From Opitutia bacterium (GTDB lineage: Bacteria > Verrucomicrobiota > Verrucomicrobiia > Opitutales > Opitutaceae), in NCBI GenBank assembly GCA_947458705.1, contig CANHAH010000001.1, positions 2,151 through 66,150 of the forward strand: a DNA stretch of 64,000 nt, written 5' to 3'. Shown here piece after piece: positions 1-9,204 of this stretch (positions are counted from its first letter, which is position 1; each line of letters opens with the position of its first letter). The translations under genes and the position numbers were made by a program. Under the pieces are notes generated by a model. The model ran no database searches, was not told where the DNA came from, and saw only the letters and a program-made list of their open reading frames with translations.

Positions 1-1
1 C

Positions 2-1024
2 ATTGCCGCCAAGGTCGATAAAAAGACCGGCAAACCCATTATGGGCGCAACCCCCGGCAAACCCGTCAAAGGCGGCGTGCCCTGCACCACTTACATCGGC
101 GAAAACGGTGCCGGTCACTACGTTAAGATGGTTCACAACGGCATCGAGTATGGTGACATGCAGATGATCTGTGAGGCCTATTCGCTCATGCAGGGCCTCC
201 TCGGCCTCAAGCCCGCCGAAATGGGCGAAATTTTTTCAGCTTGGAATAAAGGCGCGCTCGACAGCTTCCTGGTCGAAATCACCGCCGACATCCTCAAGCA
301 GAAAGACCCGGTTACCAAAAAACCCTTCGTCGACATCGTCCTCGATACCGCCGGCCAAAAAGGCACCGGCAAATGGACCTCCGTTAACGCCCTCGATATG
401 GGTGTGCCTGCTCCGACAATCGCTGAATCCGTCTTCGCCCGCTGCCTCTCCGCTATCAAGGAAGAGCGTGTCGCTGCCTCCAAGGTCCTCAAAGGCCCCA
501 AGGTTAAAAAGGTTTCCCCAGCGAAGAAGAAGGAGCTCATCAAAGCCATCCATGATGCGCTTTATTGCTCAAAAATTTGCTCTTACGCTCAGGGCTTCCA
601 ACTCATGCGCACCGCGCAGGGCGAATACGGCTGGAAGCTGAACTTCGGCCAAATTGCCCAGATCTTCCGCGGTGGCTGCATTATCCGCGCCGCCTTCTTG
701 CAAAAAATCACCGAGGCTTACGCGCGCAACCCGAAGCTCGCGAACCTTCTCCTCGACCAATACTTCAACCAGACGATTCAGAAGGCCCAGGCCAACTGGC
801 GCAAAGTTATCAGCCTCGCCGTCGAGAGCGGCATCAGCATCCCGACGTTTGCCTCGGCGCTTAGCTACTACGATGCCTACCGCTCCGCTCGCCTGCCGGC
901 CAACTTGCTGCAAGCTCAACGCGATTACTTCGGCGCTCACACCTACGAGCGCACCGACAAACCCCGCGGCAAGTTCTTCCATATCGACTGGCCCGAGAAA
1001 AACCGTCCGCAACTCGAGGCGTAA
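2..1024 (+). CDS. gnd: 6-phosphogluconate dehydrogenase (decarboxylating), 5'-truncated by the window edge
   Basis: The frame is open to the window start. [28 protein letters not shown] and the long C-terminal helical domain ([11 protein letters not shown]) are the classic Gnd signature. Confidence 0.95.
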   Translation: MAAKVDKKTGKPIMGATPGKPVKGGVPCTTYIGENGAGHYVKMVHNGIEYGDMQMICEAYSLMQGLLGLKPAEMGEIFSAWNKGALDSFLVEITADILKQKDPVTKKPFVDIVLDTAGQKGTGKWTSVNALDMGVPAPTIAESVFARCLSAIKEERVAASKVLKGPKVKKVSPAKKKELIKAIHDALYCSKICSYAQGFQLMRTAQGEYGWKLNFGQIAQIFRGGCIIRAAFLQKITEAYARNPKLANLLLDQYFNQTIQKAQANWRKVISLAVESGISIPTFASALSYYDAYRSARLPANLLQAQRDYFGAHTYERTDKPRGKFFHIDWPEKNRPQLEA

Positions 1025-1044
1025 TCGCACTGCGTTTTTGTTTG

Positions 1045-1068
1045 GTGACCCAAGACGTCTTGGGTCAC
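1045..1068. repeat. Perfect 11-bp-stem palindrome (GTGACCCAAGA-CG-TCTTGGGTCAC) between convergent gnd and vapC
   Basis: Read directly from the sequence. It overlaps the vapC stop codon. No U-run follows on either strand, so it is not a canonical intrinsic terminator. Confidence 0.6.
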
Positions 1069-1457
1069 GGGGACCCTAGTTGGTGATCGTCGTATCGTTG
1101 GCCAAGCCGAGCGAAGGCCTTCGGATCATGGCCGACAATAACCGCCTCCATACAATCGGCAATGGCGGCCTGCCACGCATCGTTTTCACCCATTCGCTGA
1201 TCAGCGCGTCGCTGGTTCAACGCGACGCGATCGCTATGCTGCTTACCTATCGTCTGCCAACGAAACGCGCGGAAGGCCTCACGAACGGCTACTGCATCTT
1301 CAGCGCCCTCCAATACCTCCGCATACGTTACAGGTGATACCCAAAGGTCCGCGCCGGAATTTCGCACAATCCAAGCATGAGCTGGACCGCGCCGATTGGC
1401 GGCCACCTCGTTGAGTAGGTCGATGACAAAAGAGGAATCGAGAAGGCATCGTTTCAT
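1065..1457 (-). CDS. vapC: PIN-domain ribonuclease toxin, VapC family
   Basis: 130 aa. The N-terminal LLDSSFVIDLL carries the first acidic PIN residue, followed by YAEVLEG, GENDAWQAA and VGHD acidic positions. There is a 4-nt overlap with the upstream small gene. Confidence 0.85.
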   Translation of the reverse strand: MKRCLLDSSFVIDLLNEVAANRRGPAHAWIVRNSGADLWVSPVTYAEVLEGAEDAVAVREAFRAFRWQTIGKQHSDRVALNQRRADQRMGENDAWQAAIADCMEAVIVGHDPKAFARLGQRYDDHQLGSP

Positions 1458-1675
1458 TTGCGTGGCGATATCCGCAGTCGCTCGTCACCCGCATGTCGGC
1501 TGGCCCACGCTAGCAAATCAGCTCCGCTCACGATTTCCTCGTCGCGAATCAACTTCCGCACAAAGGTGGCTTTTTTCATCCCAGCGCGCTTTGACCGCTT
1601 GGCGAGGATTCCTTGCTCTTCTTTGCTTAAACGAACGGTCAGGACGGCAGGCATAGTATTTCTTTTGTATGCCAA
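1454..1675 (-). CDS. Ribbon-helix-helix type antitoxin (VapB-like)
   Basis: 73 aa. VLTVRLSKEEQGILAKRSKRAGMKKATFVRKLI fits an RHH strand-helix-helix pattern. The stop overlaps the vapC start (ATGA). The true start may be the internal Met (MPAVL). Confidence 0.7.
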   Translation of the reverse strand: MAYKRNTMPAVLTVRLSKEEQGILAKRSKRAGMKKATFVRKLIRDEEIVSGADLLAWASRHAGDERLRISPRK

Positions 1676-1799
1676 TAATTATGCCTGTCAACCAAGCTCC
1701 GTCGCGAACAACAGCGCGCGGTGGATTCGTGGATTGGGTTGAGTTAAATTCACTATCAGTTCTCATTGTCACCAATCAGTTTTTCTTCTGAAACACTCC

Positions 1800-1828
1800 G
1801 CCCCGGCCTCACCCGCCGGGGCTTTTTT
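1800..1828 (+). terminator. Intrinsic-terminator-like hairpin with no annotated upstream plus-strand gene
   Basis: GCCCCGGC-ctcaccc-GCCGGGGC (8-bp GC stem, 7-nt loop) is followed by TTTTTT. It lies about 100 nt upstream of the 1927 ORF. Confidence 0.5.
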
Positions 1829-1926
1829 GTGGGCAAAGCAATGCCCGCGAAAAACACTACGGCAAAAATGCTTTCCAGACGCGACAATACGCGCCGGACG
1901 CGTACGTTAAAGCCGTTCCCTTCCCC

Positions 1927-3369
1927 ATGGACCCCACGACCTACCGCTCGTACCGCGACCTACCACCCCTCGCCGGCCTCGCCTCGTTTGCCGAAGCCAT
2001 GCAGCCCGGGCTCTCCATCGACGACTGCGTTGCCCGCCTTAAACGCCACCACTGGGCCCTGCGTCGGCTCCACGAAATTTTCATCAAACGCCTCACCGCC
2101 GAGCCCATCTACGAACTAAAAATGGCGTTCAGCCTACATGCGCATTACTGCGCCGAACACGCCTCCGCCTGGCGCACTCGCGTTGGTGAAATGCGCGAGC
2201 CACCGCTCGGCCTCGACGCCGTGCCCCACCCTGCGCTCGACATTTTTTTTGATGAAATCCTCGCCGCACCCGAAACCGATGCGCTGATGCTCGGGATTTA
2301 CCATCACGCCCTGCCGGCGCTGCGCGACGCGCTCGAACGCCATCAACGCGAAACCAACCGCCTCGTCGATCATCCGTCGTTTCGCCTCTGTCGCTTCGCC
2401 TTGATCGAGATCGGCGAGATGATCGCCTTCGGTGAACAAGCTCTCGCCAAGCTCCTCACGCCCGAGCGCCGCGCCGCGCTCGCCCCGTGGACGAATCAAC
2501 TCGAAGGTTTGCTGAACCTGGCTGGATCACTCGACGGTCACGCTCCGCAGGAAACCAGCGCCGCCGCTAGCACGCCCGAGCGCCACTTCTCCGCGCAACC
2601 TTACGTTTACAACGGCACGCCGCGCCGCGACGAGCGCTTCACCGATTCCTATAACATGAGCGTGCACGCGGAAGCGTTTCTCTACGACAAGACCTTCCCG
2701 CCGGAACCGAAGACGCTCATGATGTATTACAAGCGTCTGCGCGAAATCGATGTGCCTGAGATGATGGCGAGCATCATCGCCGAAACTCCCGGCAAACCTT
2801 GGGACTACACCGTCGACATGACGCGCCAGCTTTGGGACGAAGCGCGCCACGCAATGATGGGTGAAGTCGGTTTCGTGCGCGCCGGGATCGATTGGCGTCA
2901 GTTCGTGCGCGTTAACTTCACGTGGTCCCTCGCGCTCAACACGCAGCTCACGCCGCTGGAGCGTCACGCTGTACTCTATTTTATCGAACAAGGTCTGATG
3001 CCGAAAACGGGTAAACGTTTTGAGTGGGAAGTAGGGGTCGCCTCGGGCGACGCATTTTCGGCACTCATTCAGGATTACGATTGGGCCGACGAAGTGCTGC
3101 ACGCGCGCATTGGACGAGATTGGTACGTCAAAGTCATGGGGGACCCACGCAAAGCCACCGAATACGGGGACGCCTGCTGGTCGAAGGTGCTCATCGACTG
3201 GCATTCCTACCGCGCACAAGGCTTCACCCGGCATGAAAACTGGTGGCCCGCGCTTTACCGCGAATGGTGCAAGGTCCACGGCCACACACCCGATGAACGC
3301 ATCGCGGCTTTTGCGACAAGTTACGCGACTGCGCGCGCCGATCTGCGTGAATTAAGCACTTCGGGTTGA
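1927..3369 (+). CDS. Ferritin-like / di-iron-carboxylate superfamily protein of unknown function
   Basis: 480 aa. Two ExxH motifs sit in helical context: WDEARHAMMGE (nt 2839-2850) and WADEVLHARIG (nt 3091-3102). I recognise no closer family. Confidence 0.5.
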   Translation: MDPTTYRSYRDLPPLAGLASFAEAMQPGLSIDDCVARLKRHHWALRRLHEIFIKRLTAEPIYELKMAFSLHAHYCAEHASAWRTRVGEMREPPLGLDAVPHPALDIFFDEILAAPETDALMLGIYHHALPALRDALERHQRETNRLVDHPSFRLCRFALIEIGEMIAFGEQALAKLLTPERRAALAPWTNQLEGLLNLAGSLDGHAPQETSAAASTPERHFSAQPYVYNGTPRRDERFTDSYNMSVHAEAFLYDKTFPPEPKTLMMYYKRLREIDVPEMMASIIAETPGKPWDYTVDMTRQLWDEARHAMMGEVGFVRAGIDWRQFVRVNFTWSLALNTQLTPLERHAVLYFIEQGLMPKTGKRFEWEVGVASGDAFSALIQDYDWADEVLHARIGRDWYVKVMGDPRKATEYGDACWSKVLIDWHSYRAQGFTRHENWWPALYREWCKVHGHTPDERIAAFATSYATARADLRELSTSG

Positions 3370-3563
3370 GTCGGTTCGCGCCTTTTAATCGCTTCAAGAA
3401 CGTGGCGGGCGAACGGGTTGCCCGATCGGGGGCTTACGCTCGGGAATGAACGTCGCGTTTGGCTCCGGCGTTTTTTAATATACCACAACTCGCCGAGAAC
3501 ATGGTGGGCCGCCGCGATCCTCGCACTCGGTCCACACCCGCTCGCGGCCAGCCCAAATCTACC

Positions 3564-3788
3564 ATGAGAGACGACTACATCCAAAACGCCCTCAAGGTGA
3601 TCGAAGATCCCAATATTCTGGTTAACGTGGTCTCCCTGCGCGTGAAACAGCTGAAGCGTGGCAACCGTCCGCTTATCGAGTCGCTAGAGAAACTTTCCGC
3701 GGAAGACACCGCTTTACGCGAGATTGCCGAAGGCAAAATCAGCTACGAGCTGGCGACCGCCGCCGAGCTCGCGCGCAGTCATCGGTAA
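3564..3788 (+). CDS. rpoZ: DNA-directed RNA polymerase subunit omega
   Basis: MRDDYIQNALKVIEDPNILVNVVSLRVKQLKRGNRPLIE matches the RpoZ N-terminal pattern. I chose the internal ATG at 3564 because the 35-codon upstream extension of the ORF is Arg/Pro-rich and unlike RpoZ. Confidence 0.85.
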   Translation: MRDDYIQNALKVIEDPNILVNVVSLRVKQLKRGNRPLIESLEKLSAEDTALREIAEGKISYELATAAELARSHR

Positions 3789-3812
3789 GTCGCACCAGCG
3801 ATTACTCCGCGC

Positions 3813-4559
3813 TCAACGCGCGAGGTAACCGCCATCCACGACAAGATCGCTGCCTGTCATAAAGGAAGCGTCGTCGCTCGCCAAAAAAGCGACCGCCGCG
3901 CCGACTTCTGCCGGCTGCCCTTGACGGCCCAGCAAGTGCATCGCTGAGGCGCGTCGATCTTCCTCGGCGATATCCAAGCCAAGCTTCTGGCAGGAGTCCG
4001 TGAAGGCGGAGGTATAAATGTAGCCTGGGCAAATTGTGTTCACACGAATGTGATGCGGCGCGAAATCCTGCGCCCAACACTTGGTGAGTCCGCGCAGCGC
4101 AAACTTGGTGGCATTGTAAGTCGAGAAATTCGCCTGGCCGACGAAGCCGCTCACCGATGAAAAGTTAATTATGCTACCGCCCCCGTTCGCCTTCATCTGC
4201 GGCAGGATGTTCTGAGTAACCAGAGAGGTGCCGATAATATTAACCGAGAGAATGTCGTTCCACTCTGCAGGCGTTGCATCGACGCTACGAAAAATAAACC
4301 GAGCGGCGCAATTCACGAGGATCGTGACGGGACCAATTTTCTCCAAGATCGTAGCACACGCGGCTTTCACTGCGGCTTCATCGCTAATATTGACCGTTTG
4401 ATGAAAAACACCGAGCGCGGATAGTTTTTTTGTATCGTCGGCTTTAAGATCGAATGAAGCCACGCGACAGCCTTCTTCAACGAGCCGCACGATGGACGCG
4501 TAACCGAGATCACCGAGCCCGCCGGTCACGAGCGCAATTTTTCCTTTTAGGCCTCTCAT
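3813..4559 (-). CDS. Short-chain dehydrogenase/reductase (SDR) family oxidoreductase
   Basis: TGGLGDLG cofactor motif, NCAA, SSVSG and YNATK catalytic Ser/Tyr/Lys. Confidence 0.9.
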   Translation of the reverse strand: MRGLKGKIALVTGGLGDLGYASIVRLVEEGCRVASFDLKADDTKKLSALGVFHQTVNISDEAAVKAACATILEKIGPVTILVNCAARFIFRSVDATPAEWNDILSVNIIGTSLVTQNILPQMKANGGGSIINFSSVSGFVGQANFSTYNATKFALRGLTKCWAQDFAPHHIRVNTICPGYIYTSAFTDSCQKLGLDIAEEDRRASAMHLLGRQGQPAEVGAAVAFLASDDASFMTGSDLVVDGGYLAR

Positions 4560-5188
4560 GGTAAAATGGCTACGGCGCGAATCGGAGAACCGTCGCGTCC
4601 GTGGAAGTTAAGCGGGAATCCCGCGAAGGTGAAACGCTCGGGCAATTGACTGAGGTTGGTAAGACCTTCCACAACGACGACCTCGGCATTAGCCGCGAGC
4701 AGGATGTGGTGAACCTCAAACCAGTCACGGCTCGGTGTGGGGGTATCCATGCCGAGTAAGCGTATTTTACGGGACACCAAATAACGCGCCGCGTCCTGCG
4801 TGAGGCTCGGGAAATCACTAAAGTAATTTTCCTGGCCAAACTGGCGATGCCAGCCCGTCTCATAGATGAGCTTCACACCGGGCTGCAGCTGGTGCTCGAT
4901 TTTTTTAAAATCATCGACCGTGATTTCCTCGCGCGGGGCCTTGGGAATGCGCAGCAAAATAGTTTCCCCGTAAAACCAATCGAGCGGCATCTGATCGATA
5001 GTTTTTCCGCCATCGACGAAGTGCGACATCGCATCGAGGTGCGTGCCTTGATGCGTCGCCATACTCACGTGGGTCATGGCGTATTTGAGCGTCTGCGTCG
5101 TGCAGTGCGTCATGATACTCAACTTGGGGTCCATCGGGAAATTAGCCTGCCCGTGGATGAGCGGATGCGACAGATCGACGAATTTCAT
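4556..5188 (-). CDS. Cyclase family protein (kynurenine/aryl-formamidase-like metal hydrolase)
   Basis: HQGTHLDAMSHF matches the HxGTHxDxPxH cyclase motif. About 210 aa. ATGA overlaps at both ends. Confidence 0.8.
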   Translation of the reverse strand: MKFVDLSHPLIHGQANFPMDPKLSIMTHCTTQTLKYAMTHVSMATHQGTHLDAMSHFVDGGKTIDQMPLDWFYGETILLRIPKAPREEITVDDFKKIEHQLQPGVKLIYETGWHRQFGQENYFSDFPSLTQDAARYLVSRKIRLLGMDTPTPSRDWFEVHHILLAANAEVVVVEGLTNLSQLPERFTFAGFPLNFHGRDGSPIRAVAILP

Positions 5189-6165
5189 GGGGTGCGAAGA
5201 GTGACAGGAAAGAAGCGGGCGTTAACGACGTTGGCGAGCGCGCCGCCGCGCAAACCAGCGATCACTGCCTCAGCGCTTTTGCGCTGCAGTTCCGGCACGC
5301 TACCAGCGCTGTACCAAGCTGTGTGGGAGGTGAGTAACGCGCTGGGTGCGACGCGCAACGGATGATCAGGGGGTAAGGGCTCGGTTTCGTAAACATCAAG
5401 ACCAGCGGCGCCCACCGTGCGCGCCGTGAGCGCGGCGGCGAGTGCGACGGTGTCGATCAAGGCTCCGCGCGCGGTGTTCACGATGATCGCATCGCGGCGC
5501 ATGGTTGCGAGTGAGTCACGATTGAGAAAATGTCTCGTTTCATCGGTCAATGGGAGATGCAGCGAAAGAATACCCGCCTCGCGGAGTACTTCAGCCGCCC
5601 CGAGTCGCCGCACGCCGAGGGCGGCGAAACTGGCGTCGTCCACGAAGGGATCGTAAGCGGCGAGCTTGAAGCCGAAAACTTTCGCCCGGGCCAACACCGC
5701 ACGCGCGATGCGGCCAAAGCCGGCGGTCGCAAACGTCAGGTCACGAAACGCCGCGAAAGGCGACGGTGGCATGATTTTCCACGTGCCCGCACGAACCGCG
5801 GCATCGGTTTGCGGAATCTGGCGCGCAAGCGCGAGGGCCAGCGCAAGCGTGTGATCAGCGACCTCGTCGATGCAGTAATCAGGGACATTGCAAACCGGGA
5901 TGCCGCGTTCACCCGCAGCTTGCAGATCAACGCTGTCGACGCCGATACCATAGCGCACGATAACCTTGCAGTGATCGAGGGTCGCGATGAGTTCACGGCT
6001 GATACTCGCCCATTGTACGAGCAGCGCATCGGCATCGCGACAGAGCGGAATCAGCTCTGCGGGCGTCTTACATTGAGCAACGACGAGCTCGTGACCGGCC
6101 GCGGCGAAGAGCGCTCGCTCTTGATCGATCGAGGAAAAGCCATGGTCGGTGAGGACGATTTTCAT
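5185..6165 (-). CDS. D-isomer-specific 2-hydroxyacid dehydrogenase family protein
   Basis: GFGRIARAV (GxGxxG), the later NTARG and a catalytic His region (TSHTAW). Confidence 0.85.
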   Translation of the reverse strand: MKIVLTDHGFSSIDQERALFAAAGHELVVAQCKTPAELIPLCRDADALLVQWASISRELIATLDHCKVIVRYGIGVDSVDLQAAGERGIPVCNVPDYCIDEVADHTLALALALARQIPQTDAAVRAGTWKIMPPSPFAAFRDLTFATAGFGRIARAVLARAKVFGFKLAAYDPFVDDASFAALGVRRLGAAEVLREAGILSLHLPLTDETRHFLNRDSLATMRRDAIIVNTARGALIDTVALAAALTARTVGAAGLDVYETEPLPPDHPLRVAPSALLTSHTAWYSAGSVPELQRKSAEAVIAGLRGGALANVVNARFFPVTLRTP

Positions 6166-6175
6166 AGATAAAAAT

Positions 6176-7192
6176 TTACGGGGTAAAAACAGCTTTCAGG
6201 TCACTGTCGCCCGGAGCCAACATTCGATGAAACGCCGATACCGCTTGGTCGAGTGGTACTATTTCAGTCCACGAAGTCACATCGACGCGTCCACTGCGCA
6301 TGAGCTCGAGCGCTTCCGAGAGTTCCTCAATTTTAGCGGCGTAAGTTCCGAAAATTTGTTTCTCCGGTAAGGTCACACCGTAGGAATCGAATTCCATCGC
6401 GTTTCCGTGTAGGCCAATCCAAACCGCCGCGCCACCAGGCCGGAGCGCGGCGAGCGAGAGACGTTTCGTTGCGGCTGAACCGGCGGCGTCGACGACTAGG
6501 TCGACGCCTTCGCCCTCCGTCCACGCGAGTGCGGCGGCGGCAACGTCTTCGTTTTTCGAAGAGACCACACGAGTGGCCCCGAGTTTTTGGGCCACGGCAA
6601 GACGGCCCATCGAAAGATCGCAGACCATGGTGCTTGCGCCCCGCATCGCCTGCAGCGCTTGTTGGCACATGAGACCGATCGGTCCGGCGCCGATGACGAG
6701 CGCGGTGCGCACCGGCAGATGACGCGTGAGATTAACGATGTGTACGCCGTTGCCGAGCGGCTCGGCCAGCGAAGCCGCTTGCGCGCTCAATTCCTCTGGC
6801 CACGGGATTAGCACCCGAGTCGGCACCCGGACGTATTCGGCAAAGGCACCGCCGCGGTGCATCCCGAAAATCTGGCGATCCGCGCACAGGTGAGTGTCAC
6901 CGCGCGTGCACCGCACACAACGGCCGCAGGGAATTAGGGAATTGCTGACGCATTTGCGTCCAACGAGCGTCTCATCGCCCCCTGGTCCGACCGCGGCGAT
7001 TGTCCCACAAAATTCGTGACCCATGACGAGCGGCGGCTGACGACGCGGGCTGTGGTTTTTAAAGGTCTCAAGTTCGCTGCCGCATAGTCCGCAAGCGGCG
7101 ACATGTAACAGCACTTCGTCGGCCGCCGGTTCCGGGATGGGTAGGTCACGAATTTCGAGCTGATCAAAAGCGGGATAAAAAAGAGCTTTCAC
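6176..7192 (-). CDS. Zinc-binding medium-chain alcohol/polyol dehydrogenase
   Basis: GHEFCGTIAAVG catalytic Zn motif, CGRCVRCTRGDTHLC structural Zn cluster and VIGAGPIGL Rossmann motif. Confidence 0.9.
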   Translation of the reverse strand: MKALFYPAFDQLEIRDLPIPEPAADEVLLHVAACGLCGSELETFKNHSPRRQPPLVMGHEFCGTIAAVGPGGDETLVGRKCVSNSLIPCGRCVRCTRGDTHLCADRQIFGMHRGGAFAEYVRVPTRVLIPWPEELSAQAASLAEPLGNGVHIVNLTRHLPVRTALVIGAGPIGLMCQQALQAMRGASTMVCDLSMGRLAVAQKLGATRVVSSKNEDVAAAALAWTEGEGVDLVVDAAGSAATKRLSLAALRPGGAAVWIGLHGNAMEFDSYGVTLPEKQIFGTYAAKIEELSEALELMRSGRVDVTSWTEIVPLDQAVSAFHRMLAPGDSDLKAVFTP

Positions 7193-7223
7193 AAAAACGG
7201 AGGTGAAACGCAGACGATGCGGT

Positions 7224-7952
7224 TTACTTGGCAGACGTCATCTCGCGCAAAACTCGGTTGGCTAATACCCCAAGACCGATGCAAGCGGCGATCGTGAGCG
7301 TGATGCCGACCATCTTTACCCAGGATTGGCCCAAATTGTTAAGGTCGAGTTGTTCTAATTGCGCGGCGGCAAAGGTGGTGACGATGGTGCGAGGTAAAAT
7401 ACCCAAAAAGGTGCCCAGCGTGTACGTGCCGAGGGGCACGCGCGCCGCGGCGAGAGCGAAATTAGCCAACGCAAAAGGCGACATTGGCGGCACCCGCATC
7501 AACGTGACAACCAGGAGCGTACGGGCAAAATGTTTACCGACCAAAGCCTGATAAATCGCATGCCACTTGGGTCGTTCGCGAATAATTTCGAGCACGCGAT
7601 CTCGGGCGATCCAGCGTGCCACCGCATAAGCGAGCAAAGAAGATACCGTGATCGTGACAATGGCGATCAACGAGCCTTTGCCGAAACCAAAAGCCCAACC
7701 CGCGAGGATAGCGCTCGCGTACGTCGGTACGAAAGAAACGCCCAACAAAAACCCGATGACTAAAAAATAAATCAACAACCCTACCCCATCGTGTGAACGC
7801 AGCCACGGGCCGAGTTGCGTCAATGACGCGATTAAAAATAGCGACCCCAGCGGCGGCCAAAACGATAACAAAATCGCGAACGGACCTGCGGCCCCGAGAC
7901 GGCGCATGAGGCCGGGCTTGGTCGCGGGATCTGGTGGCGTGAGACGAGACAT
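7224..7952 (-). CDS. TVP38/TMEM64 (DedA-related, SNARE-associated) family membrane protein
   Basis: Multi-pass hydrophobic protein with VPPMSPFALANFALAAARVPLGTYTLGTFLGILP. The start is set at the internal Met (MSRLTPPD). The longer ORF to 8069 would overlap the divergent gene. Confidence 0.7.
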   Translation of the reverse strand: MSRLTPPDPATKPGLMRRLGAAGPFAILLSFWPPLGSLFLIASLTQLGPWLRSHDGVGLLIYFLVIGFLLGVSFVPTYASAILAGWAFGFGKGSLIAIVTITVSSLLAYAVARWIARDRVLEIIRERPKWHAIYQALVGKHFARTLLVVTLMRVPPMSPFALANFALAAARVPLGTYTLGTFLGILPRTIVTTFAAAQLEQLDLNNLGQSWVKMVGITLTIAACIGLGVLANRVLREMTSAK

Positions 7953-8046
7953 CGCGTTGCACGTTGGCAGGGTTTGGGCTCCTAGCAAGCGTTCGGCGCG
8001 CGGCTCACGCTTGCCTCGTGTTAAACCCCTACGTGTGATTTCCCCC

Positions 8047-9201
8047 ATGGCAGCACCCCTCTCCGTCAAACTCGGTCAACCCAGCTGGCGTCTCAAAAAC
8101 GGCGCGGTCGAAACTTTTGTCACCCGCAGCGCCGGCATGTTGGGACCAGCAACTTTTGCTTTAGGCAAAGGCCTTAAAGTTCAACCTTTCGCGGTAGCGC
8201 CGTGGCGCGACGAAAAACTACCGGCGGGTTCGCCCCCGCTGTTGCGTGCCTTGCGCGGGGATTTTTTCTGCGCGCCTTTCGGAGGCAACGGCACGAAGTG
8301 GCGTGGCGAACAGCACCCCCCGCACGGCGAATCAGCCAATGGGAATTGGGAGTTTATTGATGCTACGCAGACGCGCGAGGCGACTGCGCTGCACGTTCAA
8401 CTCAAAACCAAAGTGCGCCGTGGCGTAATTGATAAACGCGTGAGTTTGCGGGCGGGCCATAACGCCATCTACATCGAACATACGCTGAGTGGTTTCACCG
8501 GTCCGCTGACGCTGGGAACGCATCCATGTTTGCAGATGCCTGGAGTCGAAGGAGACGCGCGAATTTCGGCTGGCGGGTGGGAATGGGGCCAAGTGACACC
8601 CGTGCCGTTTGAGGATCCTGCACTGGGCGGATATTCCGCGCTAAAAACCGGAGCGCGTTTTAAAAACCTCACCGCCGTACCTTTGGCCAATGGCGGCACA
8701 ACAGACCTCACGCGTTACCCGGCACGCGCGGGCTTTGAAGATCTCGTGATGCTCATGGGTGCGCCGGGCCGCACGCTTGGCTGGAGCGCGGTGACGTTTC
8801 CCCAAGAGGGTTGGGTATTTCTCCAATTGAAAAATCCCGCGATCCTGCGCCACACGATTCTATGGCACTCAAACGGCGGCCGGCACTATGCGCCCTGGAA
8901 CGGACGCCACCGCCACGTACTTGGGCTCGAGGAAACGACTTCGTATTTTCATTTCGGCCAAGCAGAGTCAGCGCAACCGAACGCGCTCTCCCGAGCTGGT
9001 TATCCGACAACGGTTAAGCTCTCGCCGAAAAAGCCGCTACGTGTGCCTCATGTTTTTGCCGTCGCAGCAATTCCGCGCGGATTCGATCTCGTGGCCGATG
9101 TCAGCGCGAAATCTGACGGGTCCGGTGTCGTGATCACCGCGGCCAACGGCCGGAAAATCTCACTCGCGCTCGATCTGGAATTTTTGCGCGGCGACGGCTG
9201 A
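8047..9201 (+). CDS. Hypothetical protein, possibly galactose-mutarotase-like (aldose 1-epimerase fold)
   Basis: PHGESANGNWEF, LGTHPCLQ and GLEETTSY resemble the HG...W, G.HPyF and catalytic-Glu blocks of mutarotase-like proteins. The resemblance is weak. The start is set at the ATG at 8047. Confidence 0.4.
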   Translation: MAAPLSVKLGQPSWRLKNGAVETFVTRSAGMLGPATFALGKGLKVQPFAVAPWRDEKLPAGSPPLLRALRGDFFCAPFGGNGTKWRGEQHPPHGESANGNWEFIDATQTREATALHVQLKTKVRRGVIDKRVSLRAGHNAIYIEHTLSGFTGPLTLGTHPCLQMPGVEGDARISAGGWEWGQVTPVPFEDPALGGYSALKTGARFKNLTAVPLANGGTTDLTRYPARAGFEDLVMLMGAPGRTLGWSAVTFPQEGWVFLQLKNPAILRHTILWHSNGGRHYAPWNGRHRHVLGLEETTSYFHFGQAESAQPNALSRAGYPTTVKLSPKKPLRVPHVFAVAAIPRGFDLVADVSAKSDGSGVVITAANGRKISLALDLEFLRGDG

Positions 9202-9204
9202 AGT

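Noticed and set aside
3459-3563. Upstream extensions of ORF-track models (rpoZ from 3459; giant gene from 22327; PVC haem protein from 16369; AraC from 29107; TVP38 from 8069; the 8047 gene from 7906)
   Set aside because: The extensions are Arg/Pro-rich and overlap neighbouring genes or precede obvious signal peptides or conserved N-termini. Internal ATGs give non-overlapping, family-typical starts. The start choices remain inferences.
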